Positions 13,286 to 25,365 of a DNA stretch of 64,000 bases are shown here, in pieces. The stretch spans positions 806,001 to 870,000 of the forward strand of contig OX597842.1 in NCBI GenBank assembly GCA_951406725.2, read 5' to 3'. The notes below the pieces were generated by a model. That model saw only the letters and a list, made by a program, of their open reading frames with translations. It had not been told where the DNA came from and did not search any database. Numbering within the stretch: the stretch's first letter is position 1; each line of letters starts with the position of its first letter. The position numbers and the translations under genes were made by a program. Origin of the DNA: Octopus vulgaris (Eukaryota).

Positions 13286-13688
13286 GCGCAGGAGTGGCTG
13301 TGTGGTAAGTAGCTTGCTTACCAGCCACATGGTTCCGGGTTCAGTCCCACTGCGTGGCATCTTGGGCAAGTGTCTTCTGCTATAGCCCCGGGCCAACCAA
13401 TGCCTTGTGAGTGGATTTGGTAGACGGAAACTGAAAGAAGCCTGTCGTATATATGTATATATATATGTGTGTGTGTCTGTGTTTGTCCCCCTAGCATTGC
13501 TTGACAACCGATGCTGGTGTGTTTACGTCCCCGTCACTTAGCGGTTCGGCAAAAGAGACCGATAGAATAAGTACTGGGCTTACAAAGAATAAGTCCTGGG
13601 GTCGAGTTGCTCGACTAAAGGCGGTGCTCCAGCATGGCTGCAGTCAGATGACTGAAACAAGTAAAAGAGTAAAAGAGAGTAAAAGAGT
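13286..13688 (+). mobile_element. SINE A, near-consensus
   Basis: Complete head-body-tail. Confidence 0.92.
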
Positions 13689-14403
13689 ATAAAGATTTCA
13701 CGAATGAAAAGCTAAAAGAACTTTCAAATCATTCTACATAACATTACAGTGAAAAACCCCCAAAAGTATTTTCTTACTAAATTCTATTAAAAAGCACCCC
13801 TGCCCCTATTCCCACCTTGGCCTTATCTTTTCTTGTAGAATCCTAAAATTTTTTTTCAAGGACCCTGAAGTGGCTGAAAAACCAATTTTCGAAAAGCATT
13901 CATGTAGATGTTTCCTCGTCAGCCTTGGAAAAATTACTGAATTGTTTGTTAACGAGTTAGTTAGAGGAAGACTGCTGTAGCTAAAAGGCTGTTCTTAGTG
14001 AAACGAGAGTCAAACAGTTCAGGAAGGTCAACAATAATGAGAACAGAACATGTGTTTGTGAGTGTGCGTTTGTATTGTAGTGGGGGTGTTCATAAAACGG
14101 AAAATGTTTACCATTTTATGTAAAGATCTGCAAGTTACATGACTCAGAGAGTATGGCTAATTTTGTTAACGAGATTATTGCAATCACTTTAGAGGATTAC
14201 TGGAACCATCATCATTACCATAATTTTTTAATTTTTTTATTTTATCTAGTTTCAGCTCACAAGCTGTGGCCATACTGGGGCACCGCCATATTAAACATTA
14301 TTATTATTATAACTAACGTTATTATTATCATTATTATTATCATCAATGTTATTATCATTATTATTATCATCAATGTTATTATCATTATTATTAGTGGTAG
14401 TCT

Positions 14404-15210
14404 TTATTCTTTTATTCTTTTACTTGTTTCGGTCATTTGACTGTGGCCATGCTGGAGCACCACCTTTAGTCGAGCAAATCGACCCCAGGACTTATTCTTT
14501 GTAAGTCTAGTATTTATTCTATCGGTCTCTTTTGCCGAACTGCTAAGTTACGGGGACTTAAACACACCAGCATCAGTTGTCAAGTGATGTTGGGATGATA
14601 ACTACAGACACACAAACATACACATACACACACATATATATATACTAGCAGTATCGCCCGGCGTTGCTCGGGTTTGTTAGAGAAATAACTATATAAGCAT
14701 TTTTAGAGAGTTATAGCCAAAAATAGCAAAAAAATGCATTAAAAATGGAAAACAAATGATGGTAAATTTTTTTTTTTAATCGTTGACTCATCGTAGACAT
14801 TTTTAGAGAGTTACTTCCCTTATATAATAGCGGAAAAAATGCATTAAAATGGAAAAAAATAATGGTAAATTTTTTTTTAAATCGTAGACTCATTGTAGAC
14901 GCGCACTAATACCCAGAAGGGCTCGATATGAATCCCGACTATAAGATACACTGCACCGAAAAATGTGGGAGTAGTTAGGAATCTAAATCGTAGGAGACAG
15001 ACACTCACACAACTTCACTTTTATATATAAAGATAAACACATATATACGATGGTCTTCTTTCGGTTTCTGCCTACCAAATCCACTCACAAGGATTTGGTC
15101 GGCCTGAGGCTATAGTAGAAGACACTTGCCCAAAGTGCCACGCAGTGGGACTGAACCTTGAACCATGTGGCTGGTAAGCAAGCTACTTACCACACAGCCA
15201 CTCTTATGCC
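14404..15210 (-). mobile_element. SINE A split by Helitron insertion in its internal (TA)n
   Basis: Tail half at 14404-14644, head half at 15034-15210. Confidence 0.85.
14645..15033 (-). mobile_element. Non-autonomous Helitron
   Basis: Reverse strand starts TC(tttatatata), ends with GC-rich hairpin cccgagcaacgccggg and CTAG, and is inserted between A and T with no TSD. Second copy at 25365. Confidence 0.85.
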
Positions 15211-15223
15211 TATAGTATCAACA

Positions 15224-15254
<31 letters not shown>

Positions 15255-15261
15255 CATTATT

Positions 15262-15480
15262 AAGGTGGTGAGCTGGCAGAATCGTTAGCATGGCTGAAAT
15301 GCTAGGTGGTATGTCGCCTGTCGTTACATTCTGAGTTCAAATTCCGCTGAGGCCGACTTTGCCTTTCATCCTTTTGGGGTCGATAAATTGAGTACCAGTG
15401 AGACACTGGAGTCGATGTAATTGACTAGTCCCCTCCCCTCAAAATTTCAAGGCGTATTGCCTTCAGTAGAAAGGATTATG
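15262..15480 (+). mobile_element. tRNA-headed SINE family C monomer (diverged tail)
   Basis: ggtgagctggcagaatcgttagca...gagttcaaattccg...gactttgcctttcatccttttggggtcgataaattgagtaccag, the same head and core as the 58.2-60.8 kb array. Confidence 0.8.
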
Positions 15481-15537
15481 ATGATAATAATAATCATAAT
15501 AATAATAATAATAATGATAATAATAATAATAATATAT

Positions 15538-15903
15538 AACAAGAGCACTCAGAGGGCACAAACCTCCACCAAGACAACACTAATGTCCTCTTAACGATTA
15601 ACCAGAGATGATTTTTAAAATGAGAATATCTGAAATAAACTCGACTGCTCTCACAAATGAGAATAATAAAAATGAACCTGACTGCTCTCAAAAATTAAGT
15701 AGAAGAACAGGAAAAATAATCCAGAATCCTTATCCGTTACCAGATTGATCCCAAAATCTAATCAGTTTGTGCCAGTCACAAGGCCAAACATCCCTGAAAG
15801 TTCCATGCAAATCCATCCAGCAGTTCTTGAGATATCTTGTCCATGGACAAAGAAAGAAACATGACTGAAAACAATACCTCTGCCTTCACTAAGGCGGAGG
15901 TAA
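15538..15903 (-). mobile_element. Helentron/HINE-like non-autonomous element
   Basis: Reverse strand: 5' ttacctccgcc...ggcagaggt subterminal IR, 3' ggtggaggt plus hairpin gccctctgagtgc, ending in TT. Confidence 0.6.
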
Positions 15904-15994
15904 TGATGATGATGATAATGAATGTGTTGACTCCATTAATCCTCTACAATAATTGCAATAATGAAATTGACAAAATTAGCAACACACACTGAGT

Positions 15995-16660
15995 CATGTT
16001 GCTGTTGCTCGCTAATGTTGCTGCTGATGCTGAAGCTGTTGCTCGCTAATGTTGCTGCTGATGCTGAAGCTGTTGCTAATGATGATGTGACTTGCTAATG
16101 CCGAAGACATCACTGCTGTTGAAGACGTTGCTAATACTGAGGTTGTTGCTATTGCAGTTGTTGTTTGCTAATGTTGAGATTATTGCTATTGCAGCCGAGG
16201 TTAGCTAATGCTAAAGATGTTGCTGAAGTTGAGGTTGTTGCTATTGCTGCTGCTGAGATTGCTGCTAATGCTGAAGATGTTGCTAATGCCAAGGTCATTG
16301 CTATTACTCCTGTTGCTGTTTGTTAATGCTGAGGATGTTGCTATTGCCATAAACTGATAATACTGAGGTTGTTGCTATTGCAGCTGAGGTTAGCTAATGC
16401 TGAAGACGTTGCTAAAGCTGAGGTCATTGCTATTGCTGCTGTTGTGTGCTAGTGCCGAGGTTGTTGCTATTGCTGTTGTTATATGCTAATGTTGAGATTG
16501 CTGCTATTGCTGCTAATGGTAAAGACGTTGCTAATGCCAAGATCATCGCTATTACTCCTGTTGCTGTTTGTTAATGCTGAGGTTGTTGCTAATGCTGAAG
16601 ATGTCGCTAATACTGAGGCTATTGCTGCTGTGGTTAGCTAATGCTGAAGGTGTTGCTATT
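15995..16660. repeat. Imperfect GCT-rich minisatellite (gctaatgctgaagatgttgct)
   Basis: Direct inspection. Stops and frameshifts prevent a long ORF. Confidence 0.8.
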
Positions 16661-16879
16661 GCACACCCTTAGTTTCAATATCTCTTTTCTTCTACCTCCT
16701 CCTACCCCTCCAAACTGGCACACACACACAAGTGGCTAGCTAGTGCTACAGTTGTTGCTAACACTGTTGTTCATAATAATAGTTATTGTTGATGTTGTTG
16801 GTCCTATTGTTGCTAACTATTAATGGTTGTTGTCATTGTCAGTGTTGCTACAACTTTTATTACTCGTTATTTATCTTCT

Positions 16880-17295
16880 ATGTTTTGATTATTTCAATTA
16901 GCAGGCTGGGGTCATGCTGGAGCATCACCTTGAAGGGTTTCCTAATTAAATTAGTGGTGCTAATTCCATCATTCTCTTTTGCTGAACTGCTAAGTTACAG
17001 GGATGTAAACAAACCAAAACTAGTTGTCAATCAGGGATGGAGGACAAACAGACACAAACCATATACAAACACACAAAAATGTGTGTGCATGTGTGTGTAT
17101 AAATATATATGTACACACATGCACACACACACAAATGGGCTTCTTTCAGTTTCCGTCTACCAAATCCACTCACAAGGCTTTGGTCAGCCCAAGGCTATAA
17201 TAGAACATGCTTACCCTAAGTGTCGCACAGTGGGACTGAACCTAGAACCACGCGTTTGGAAAGCAAGCATCTTACTACACACCCAGGCCTGCACC
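16880..17295 (-). mobile_element. Old diverged SINE A-related copy
   Basis: gggcttctttcagtttccgtctaccaaatccactcacaaggc motif. Confidence 0.7.
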
Positions 17296-17329
17296 TGTTA
17301 CCGGTGTTGTTGTTACAATTGTCATTACT

Positions 17330-17407
17330 ATCATTATTGATTTTGTTGCTGTTATTATTATTATTTTTATTATTATTATTATTATATTATTACTATTATT
17401 ATTATCA

Positions 17408-17438
<31 letters not shown>

Positions 17439-17707
17439 TATTATTATTATTGTTGTTATTGTTGTTGTTGTTGTTGTTGGTACTCTCACTAATATTAGTC
17501 ATACAATTATCATTATTATTATTATTATTATTATTATTGTTGTTGATGTTGTTGTTGGTGCTGACATAACTGTTCCTTTTCTTTAATTCTGCTGCTGCTG
17601 TTGCCGCCACTATTGCTGCTATGGTCTTTGTTACTGATGTTGTTGTTGTTGTTACACTTGTTACTGCAACTGCTGTTGTTGTTATAACCATTGTTTCAAC
17701 TGTAATT

Positions 17708-17739
<32 letters not shown>

Positions 17740-18130
17740 CATTATTATTATTATTATTATTATTATTGTTGTTCTTGTTGTTATTATTATTATTATTATT
17801 ATTACTATTATTATTATCGTTATTATTATTATTATTATTATATCATTATTATTATTAATATCATTATTATTATTGTTACTATTATTAATATTATCAGTTT
17901 TTTATTATTATTATTATTATTATCATTATTATTAATATCATTATTATTAATATCATTATTATTATTAATATTATTATTATTATTATCACTATTATCATTA
18001 TCATTATTATCATTATTATTATTATCATTACTATTCTCAATAATTATTTTTATTAATATTTTCATCATTATTTTTACTATTATCATTATTATTATTATTA
18101 TTGTTGTTGTCGTTGTTGTTATTGTTATTC
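17330..18130. repeat. (ATT)n/(GTT)n microsatellite
   Basis: Direct inspection. Confidence 0.92.
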
Positions 18131-18479
18131 TATTTTAATTCTCATACATTAACTGCCAGCCCTTCCAACCCTCTTCTCCATTCTCTGGCTTTCCCCACCT
18201 CTCTCTCTTTCTCTCTCTCTTGCTCTCTAGCAAATCCTTTCTCCCACCAACTCACCCTCGCCCCACCAGCGGCAATTTCGCGAGTGTTTGTTGTCATATA
18301 AAACCTTATGAATTCCTTTTAATTAGGGCTATTAAAGCCTACTTTTTGCGTTCTGGCGCATTCAACCATCGGCGGTGGAAGGGGTGGGTTGGGAGGGCGA
18401 AGAGGAGAATGGGGGAGGTGTTCCGACTGTGATGGGGGTGGGGAGATGTGATTTAAAGGAATTGATGCAGGTGTGTATG

Positions 18480-19094
18480 TACACCTGTGTGTGTGTGTGT
18501 GTATGAGTTTAGGAATATGTGCGTGTGTGCGTGTGTGTGTAAAAGTTGGAAGGAAGTATGTGTTGAAAGAGTGGAGAATGTTATCGCTGTGTGTGTGTGT
18601 GTGTGTGTTTATCTGTATGTGTGAATTAAGGATGTAATGTGTGTGTGTGTGTGTGTTTGTGTGTATGTGTGTGTGAATTTAGGATTTAATGTGTGTATAT
18701 GGCTGTGTGTGTGTGTGTGTATGTGTGTGTGAATTTAGGATTTAATGTGTGTGTGTGAATTGAAGGATTAATGTGTGTGAGTGTGTGTGTGTATGAATTA
18801 AAATATCATTACGCGTGTATTTTGGTGTGAATTAAGAATTTCGTGTGTGTGTGTGTGTGTGAATTTAGGATTTAATGTGTGTGTGAATCGAAGGATTAAT
18901 GTGTGTGAGTGTGTGTGAATTAAAGATTTCATGTGTGTATCTGTGTGTGTAAACTAAGGAATTAATATGAGTGTGTGTGAGTGTGTGTGTGTGTGTAGAC
19001 TAAGGAATTATTGTGTGTGAGTGTGTGTGTGTGTGTGTGTATGAATTAAAAAATCATTACGTGTGTATTTTGGTGTGAATTAAGGATTTCATGT

Positions 19095-19131
<37 letters not shown>

Positions 19132-19810
19132 CTAAGGAATTAATGTGTGTGAGTGTGTGTGTGTGTGTATGAATTAAAAAATCATTATGTGTGTATTTTG
19201 GTGTGAATTACGGATTTCATGTGTGTGTGTTTGTGTGTGTCATTTTAGTAACAAGTGAGAGAGTCTGTGTCTGAGTGTGTGTATGCATGCATGCGTGTGT
19301 GTGTGTATGTGTGTGTGTGTATGTGTAAGTTTGATGAGAGTGTGTAGAGAAAGAGTTGAAGATGTTCACACTAACTGTGTGTTTGTGTATGTGTGAATTA
19401 AAAATTTAATGTGTGTGTGTGTGAATTAACAAATTAATATGTGCGTGTGTGTGTGTGTGTGTGTGTGTGAATTAAAGAATTAATGAGTGTGTCTGTGCAT
19501 GGATTAAGAAAATAATGTGTGTATGTTTGTGTGTGTGTGTATGTGTGTGTGTATATGAATTAAGGAAATATTTGCATGTGTATGTGAATTTAGGAATTAA
19601 TGAGCGCATATATATAAGTGTATGTGTATGAGAGTGCATTTGTGTGTATGAGTGTGTGTGTGTGTGCCAGTTTGGAGGGGTAGGAGGAGGTAGAAAGAAA
19701 GAGAGATATTGAAACTAAGGGTGTGTATGTGGGTGTTAGAATGTTGATATGTGTGTGTGTGTGTGAATTAAGCAATTAATGTATGTGCATGCATATGTGT
19801 GTGTGTGTGC
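18480..19810. repeat. (TG)n array punctuated by 'gaattaaggattt/aat' spacers
   Basis: Spacer recurs more than 15 times. Confidence 0.85.
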
Positions 19811-19970
19811 ATAAGTTTGGAGGGGTTAAAAAGTAGAAGGAGAACAGGGGTTGTTGAAACAACTGGTGTGTATATATTAGGGTATTTATGTGTGTGTGTT
19901 TAGGGGTCTGGAAATTTGGAAGGAGTCCCTGGGAGAAGGATAGAAAATGATGTACCGGTGTGTGAGAAAG

Positions 19971-20025
<55 letters not shown>

Positions 20026-20574
20026 GCGTGCATGCGAGAGAAAGAGAGAGTGCGTGTGTCTGAGTGTATTAAGGTAATATTTTGTATACGTGTATATATG
20101 TATGTGTAAGAAAGAGAGAGAAGGAGAGAAAAAGAGAGAGAGTTGAAGTATTGTTGCGTGTGTGTGTGTGTGTATATATATATGTATGTATGTATATATA
20201 TATGTATATGCGTGTGTATATATGTGTATAAGAGACATAGTTAAGAGAGAAGCAGAATGAGACAGAGAGAATATTTATAGAGAGAGAGAGAGAGAGATAG
20301 AAAGAGAGAGTCAGCTTTAAAAGAGAATGAGAGAGTGGGAGTGTGTGTGTGTGTGTGTGTGTGTGTGAGACAGTGGGAGAAAAATGTGTATGCGTGAGTG
20401 TAAGAAAGTACATGTGTATGTATGTAAGATTGTATGTGAGAGAGAGAGAGATTAAAAAGTGACAGACAGATAGCTTTGAGAGAGAGGGAGGAGAGGGGGA
20501 GAGAGACAGACAGCTTCCAAAAACAGATAGAGAGAAGGCTTGTTAATTCAAAGAGAGAAGGGAATGGTAGTCAC

Positions 20575-21480
20575 TGATGGTGGTGGTGGTGGTAGTGTTG
20601 GTGATGATGGTGGTCACTAACGGTGATGTTGATGGTGGTGATGGTGGTGGTAGTGATGTTGATGGTGGTGGTGGTGGTAATGGTGGTGATGATGGTGGTG
20701 GTGGTGGTAATGGTGATGGTGGTGGTGATGGTAGTGATGATAATGGTGGTGATGTTGCTGATGATAATGATACTGATGGTGGTGGGGATGTGTTGGTGGT
20801 GGTGGTCATCATCCTGATGGTGCTGCTGCTGATGGTGATGATGGTTAGAGTTTCTGGAAGGGGGGAATAAGGGTTCATCTCCACCAACATCCTTCCCACC
20901 CACACACATACCAGTTGCTACCACTCCTGCTGCATCTTTCTCCCCATGACCACCCCTCCACTGTTTGGTACCCTTCCTAAATGTAATAACACTTGATCCC
21001 ATTAAAAGGTTGTTTTAAATATTCTGGTGACGGCCATGGTGGTGGTGATGGTGGAGATGTTGGTGGTGGTGGTGGTGATGGTGAGTGGCAATTGTGGCAG
21101 TGGTGGTGGTGGTGGCAGTGGTGGTGACGATGAGTGGCAATCGTGGCCGTGATGGTGGGCATGATGTTTTTTGGTGATTTGGTGATGGTGGTGGAGGTGG
21201 TGGTTGTGTTGGTAGTGTCGCTAGTGATAGTAGTGATGATCATGTTGGTAGTGGTGATGGTGATGGCAGTGGTGGTGATGGTGGTGGCAGTAGTAGTGGT
21301 AACGAGGGTAGTGGTGATGGTGTTGTAGGTGTGTTATCAGTGGAAGTGGTGTAGTGGTGTTATCAGTAGTGATATTGGTGGTGGTGTCGGTGGCAGTGAT
21401 GGTATTGGTGGTGCTGTCAGGCTGGTGGTGGTGGTTGTGATGGTTTTGCTGAGTGGTGTTGGAAGTAGTGGTGGTGGTGG
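20575..21480. repeat. (GGT/GAT)n low-complexity tracts
   Basis: Direct inspection. Confidence 0.88.
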
Positions 21481-21489
21481 TATTGATGT

Positions 21490-22350
21490 TGTTGCTCTTG
21501 CTTAACCCCAGGTCAGTCCTGATCCAGTAGACCTATGATCAAAGAAGACCCAGCTGTGACCATCCCATCTTTTATTCAGCCATAGTGTACCTAGGATTAA
21601 ATTATCTAATGTATAGTATAGTAATTAGTATTAGTGGCAATAGTTGTTGTTGGTTAACCCCAGGTCAGTCCTGACTGCACAAGCCTATGATCAAAGGCTT
21701 TCCAGCTGTGGCCATCCCATCATTTATTCAGCCATAGTGTATCTAGGACTACATCATCTAATGTGCAGTATAGTAGTTAGTATCAGTGGTGTGTCTAGAT
21801 CCAGATAGGCTTATGATCAAAGACGTTCCATTTGTGACAATCCCATCTATTATTCAGACATAGTGTATCTAGGACTCCATTATCTAATGTTCAGTATAGT
21901 AGTTAGTATTAGTGGTGTGTCTAGATCCAGATAGGCTTATGATCAAAGACGTTCCAGCTGTGACCATCCCATCTATTATTCAGACATAGTGTATCTAGGA
22001 CTACATTATCTAATGTTCAGTATAGTAGTTAGTATTAGTGGTGTGTCTAGATCCAGATAGGCTTATGATCAAAGAGCCGTGACTATCCCATCTTTTATTC
22101 AGGCATAGTGTATCTAGGACTACATCATCTAATGTGCAGTATAGCAGTTAGTGGCTGTGGTTGTTTAACCCCCGGTTAGTCCTGACTGAACAAGCCTATG
22201 ATCAAAGGCTTTCCAGCTGTGATCACCCCATCTATTATTCAGACATAGTGTATCTAGGACTACATCATCAAATGTGCAGAATAGTAGTTAGTGGCTGTAG
22301 TTGATGTTTAATCTCAAGGTCAGTCATAATGGAACAGATTTGTGATCAAA
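21490..22350. repeat. ~126-150 bp tandem repeat, about 7 units
   Basis: 'tatgatcaaag...gtgaccatcccatct..attcag.catagtgtatctaggactaca' anchors at 21534, 21686, 21812, 21938, 22064, 22197 and 22341. Confidence 0.9.
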
Positions 22351-22551
22351 GATGTTTATAGTTTAACGAATTTGATGACTAAAGGGATAAAAAAAAAAAC
22401 AAACACATTTCTTAAAAACACATTGGTTGGTGACAGGAAGAGCACCGAACCATGGAGAATCTGCCTAAGTGAATTATATCCGAGTGAGCCTGGAAAAACA
22501 AACGTAAAACAAGCTTGGAAAAAAAAAAATCATGAAATTAGTTATGCATGA

Positions 22552-22592
<41 letters not shown>

Positions 22593-22796
22593 TGTGTGTG
22601 TGTGCTTTCTATTTCCAGTCACTTCAGCGATGTAGCTACATTGGTGGCGTTGGTGATTTCTTCTCCATCTTTGGAGTGTTCCCTTCCTCATTCCTGATGA
22701 AGAGCTATGCCCAAAACATCAAGCGTTCACCTTTCAAGCTTATACGTTTCTTGTGCATGTCCTCACATTTGTTTTTTTTTTTATGTTTGAGTGCTT

Positions 22797-23068
22797 TGTT
22801 TAACGTCCGTTCTCCATACTAGCATGGGTTGGACGGTTTGACCGGGGTCTGGGAAGCCGAGAGGCTGCACCAGGCTCCAGTCTAATCTGGCAATGTTTCT
22901 ACAGCTGGATGCCCTTCCTAACGCCAACCACTCCGAGAGTGTAGTGGGTGCTTTTTTATGTGCCACCGACACAGGTGCCAGGCGAGGCTGGCAACGACCA
23001 CGGTCAGATTAGTGTATTTTACGTGCCACCAGCACGGAAGCCAGTCGAGGCGGCGCTGGCATCGGCCA
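22797..23068 (-). mobile_element. RTE-like 3' end
   Basis: Same family as 6771-6960. Confidence 0.7.
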
Positions 23069-23101
23069 TATATATATTTAAGTAGGTGAATGAATTATCC
23101 T

Positions 23102-24205
23102 ATGTTTATCGTCAGCATGGAAAATTCGTTTAACCGAAACCTGGGTAGCAAATCCACGTCAGAAACACGGACTAGCTGAGGCAAGCGCCATGCAACCCCA
23201 AATTTCCAACCCAGAAATTTTCCCCTTACTATCACAAATAACACTAAGAACAATTCAAAGGCCACAAAAAACTGTATCTGGTTCGTAATACCTTTTGGAA
23301 AACAAATTAAATCGAACCTTCCCTTACAGTTCCGTGAAGCCGTTGCTAGGAACTTTCCCAGAAATTCTAGATATCATTCTATTATCAATTCCCACAAGGT
23401 CAGAATAGCTTTCTCTAACACTAGGAATCTTTCACAAATTATATCTTCCCACAATACCAAGCTGCTAAACAAAGATTCTTCACCCGGGAGTTCCAACACT
23501 AATCTTGCTAATTCCAACCCATCATACAATCATAATAATAGGAATAGTATTAATAGTAACAGCATTGGTAGCAGCGAAAGTGTTAACAATGATAATATTA
23601 ATAATAGTATTAGTCGTGTTAATAACAATGGTAGTGTTGATGGTAACAACAATAACGGTATTATTGTCGGTGGTATTACTGGTTGTAATACCATTAATAA
23701 TACTAATAATAATAGAAATAGTGTAGTTGTTAGCGCTAATAATAATAGTAACAACAATCATAACAATAAAAACTTTGTTTCGATCTCGGAGGACAACCCT
23801 AACAGAATTAAATTTTTGTCTAGTAATTCTAAGATTAAGAATTCTATTTACCAGTGTAGAATTTCTTCCGGTACCGATGTCTTCTTCTATATAGGAGCGT
23901 CCACTTCCCAGTTATCCAAGAGAATTTCAAACCACTATTCAACATTCAGGGATAGTAAAAAATGGCATAGTACAGGGCTAAGTAAATTAGTTTGGCGTCT
24001 TAAAGACAACAATATAATTTTCAAGTTAAATTGGTTCATACAGTCTGTATCCTTTCCTTTTGATAAGGGCAGGAGATTTTGTAACATTTGTAACTCTGAA
24101 CTCTTCCATATTCTTCTCTCTAAGGTTCCCCTAGTAAACACACTCATAGAAAAATCGTACAAATGTAAACACTGGCAGAAACACACTTTCTACTCATATA
24201 AATGA
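23102..24205 (+). pseudogene. PLE protein: post-RT/thumb-like segment + Asn-rich linker + GIY-YIG endonuclease, one in-frame TGA
   Basis: Frame is open from 23180 to 24205: CIWFVIPFGKQIKSNL..NFPRNSRYHSIINSHKVRIAFSNTRNLSQIISSHNTKLLN..SIYQCRI..FYIGASTSQLSKRISNHYSTFR..STGLSKLVWRLK..CNICNSE..KCKH. In-frame ATG at 23102, TGA at 23177-23179. Confidence 0.8.
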
Positions 24206-24663
24206 TAACGATAGTCACTGTGGTTTGAACAATTAGCTTTATGTCGACCCCACTGCTATAGAGAAATTCTTTCCTAAGCCTTCGAACATTCTTTCAATCA
24301 ACGTACCCTTCCCTCTCCACTTGTTCCCTACATATTATTCCTTTATCCCTTCTCTTCCTACTATCTATTTTTGACGTCTGTCTCTCTCTCACACACACAG
24401 ACACAAATGCAGTTATACACACACACATACATACACACACACAAACACACGCACTCATTAACACAAGCACACACCCACACATTTCCATGCATACAGCAAA
24501 CATACTGTTCCCTACCTATTATTACTTTATCCCTTCTCTTCCTACTATCTAACTTTGACGTCAATTCTTCTAACGGTTTTTTTAAAAAAACACTCATTAT
24601 CGCTTTGTTTACCATGTAGGCAATCATCAAAATTTTTGTTTGTCTTGTCGTTGAGAGAGGCTC

Positions 24664-24756
24664 CCTTTCTTTCCTGATGAGAAGATTGCATAATGCACCC
24701 TTTATTCCTTTGGAATGAAAACATGCTGTCTTCGAAACATATGTTGAGAGTAAAGG
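24664..24756 (+). ncRNA. Type I hammerhead ribozyme
   Basis: Stem I cctttctttc / gagag(t)aaagg. CTGATGA at 24674. Stem II gaaga..gcat / atgc..tcttc. GAAA at 24734. Palindromic stem III ACATATGT. Predicted GUU site at 24745. Confidence 0.8.
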
Positions 24757-24787
24757 AATTTTGTTAACATCGTCATTCTTTCATTTA

Positions 24788-24834
<47 letters not shown>

Positions 24835-24847
24835 ATATCCAAGGTAG

Positions 24848-24931
24848 TGTAGTACAATCGTTTCATGCTACTTCATTTAATTAAACAAAGTATTACATTA
24901 GTTTTAAAATGTAGAGCACTCTTCAGCCACA
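24848..24931 (-). ncRNA. Type I hammerhead ribozyme
   Basis: Reverse strand: tgtgg-CTGAAGA-gtgct...agcat-GAAA-cgattg-TA-ctaca. All three stems pair, and the site is GUA. Confidence 0.8.
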
Positions 24932-25236
24932 TATAGAAGTTTTTAATTAAATAGACAATGTTCATTTTTATACTTATTCCATTTGCCAACATTACAAAGA
25001 GAGTCTTGTTGCTTAATCGCCCCATTTGATTTATATGGATAATACCATACCAAATTCTGATGCCTTTAACTTAAGTATCATATTCATCTGAATCTAAATT
25101 TTGCTGAACTTATATATATATATATATATATATAAATAAGGTTAAGATCGTTAATTTAAAATAAAACAACGATCTTATCAAGTGGCCAGCATGGAAAAAC
25201 ATTTTAGAATAATAGAATAAGTAACATTTTTTTTAT

Positions 25237-25308
25237 GGCTTGATAACTGAAGAGATGGCGGCGTGGGTTTCTGCCCCGACATCTGAAACGCGGAGTTTTA
25301 TTATGGCT
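25237..25308 (+). ncRNA. Hammerhead-like motif, slightly degenerate
   Basis: ggcttgataa-CTGAAGA-gatg...catc-t-GAAA-cgcggag-TT-ttatta(t)ggct. Extra U before GAAA and a weak stem III. Confidence 0.55.
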
Positions 25309-25329
25309 ACCGAATAAGTGTCACATATA

Positions 25330-25364
<35 letters not shown>

Positions 25365-25365
<1 letters not shown>

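Larger units (their letters stand above)
23071..24791 (+). mobile_element. Penelope-like element (GIY-YIG, no RT core in this copy) with 3' hammerhead, bounded by (TA)n
   Basis: Encodes the PLE post-RT motifs and GIY-YIG, carries a hammerhead at 24664-24756, and has TA repeats at both ends. Confidence 0.8.

Noticed and set aside
15995-16660. Ala/Val-rich repetitive protein exon
   Set aside because: Frequent stops and frame changes, behaves as a minisatellite
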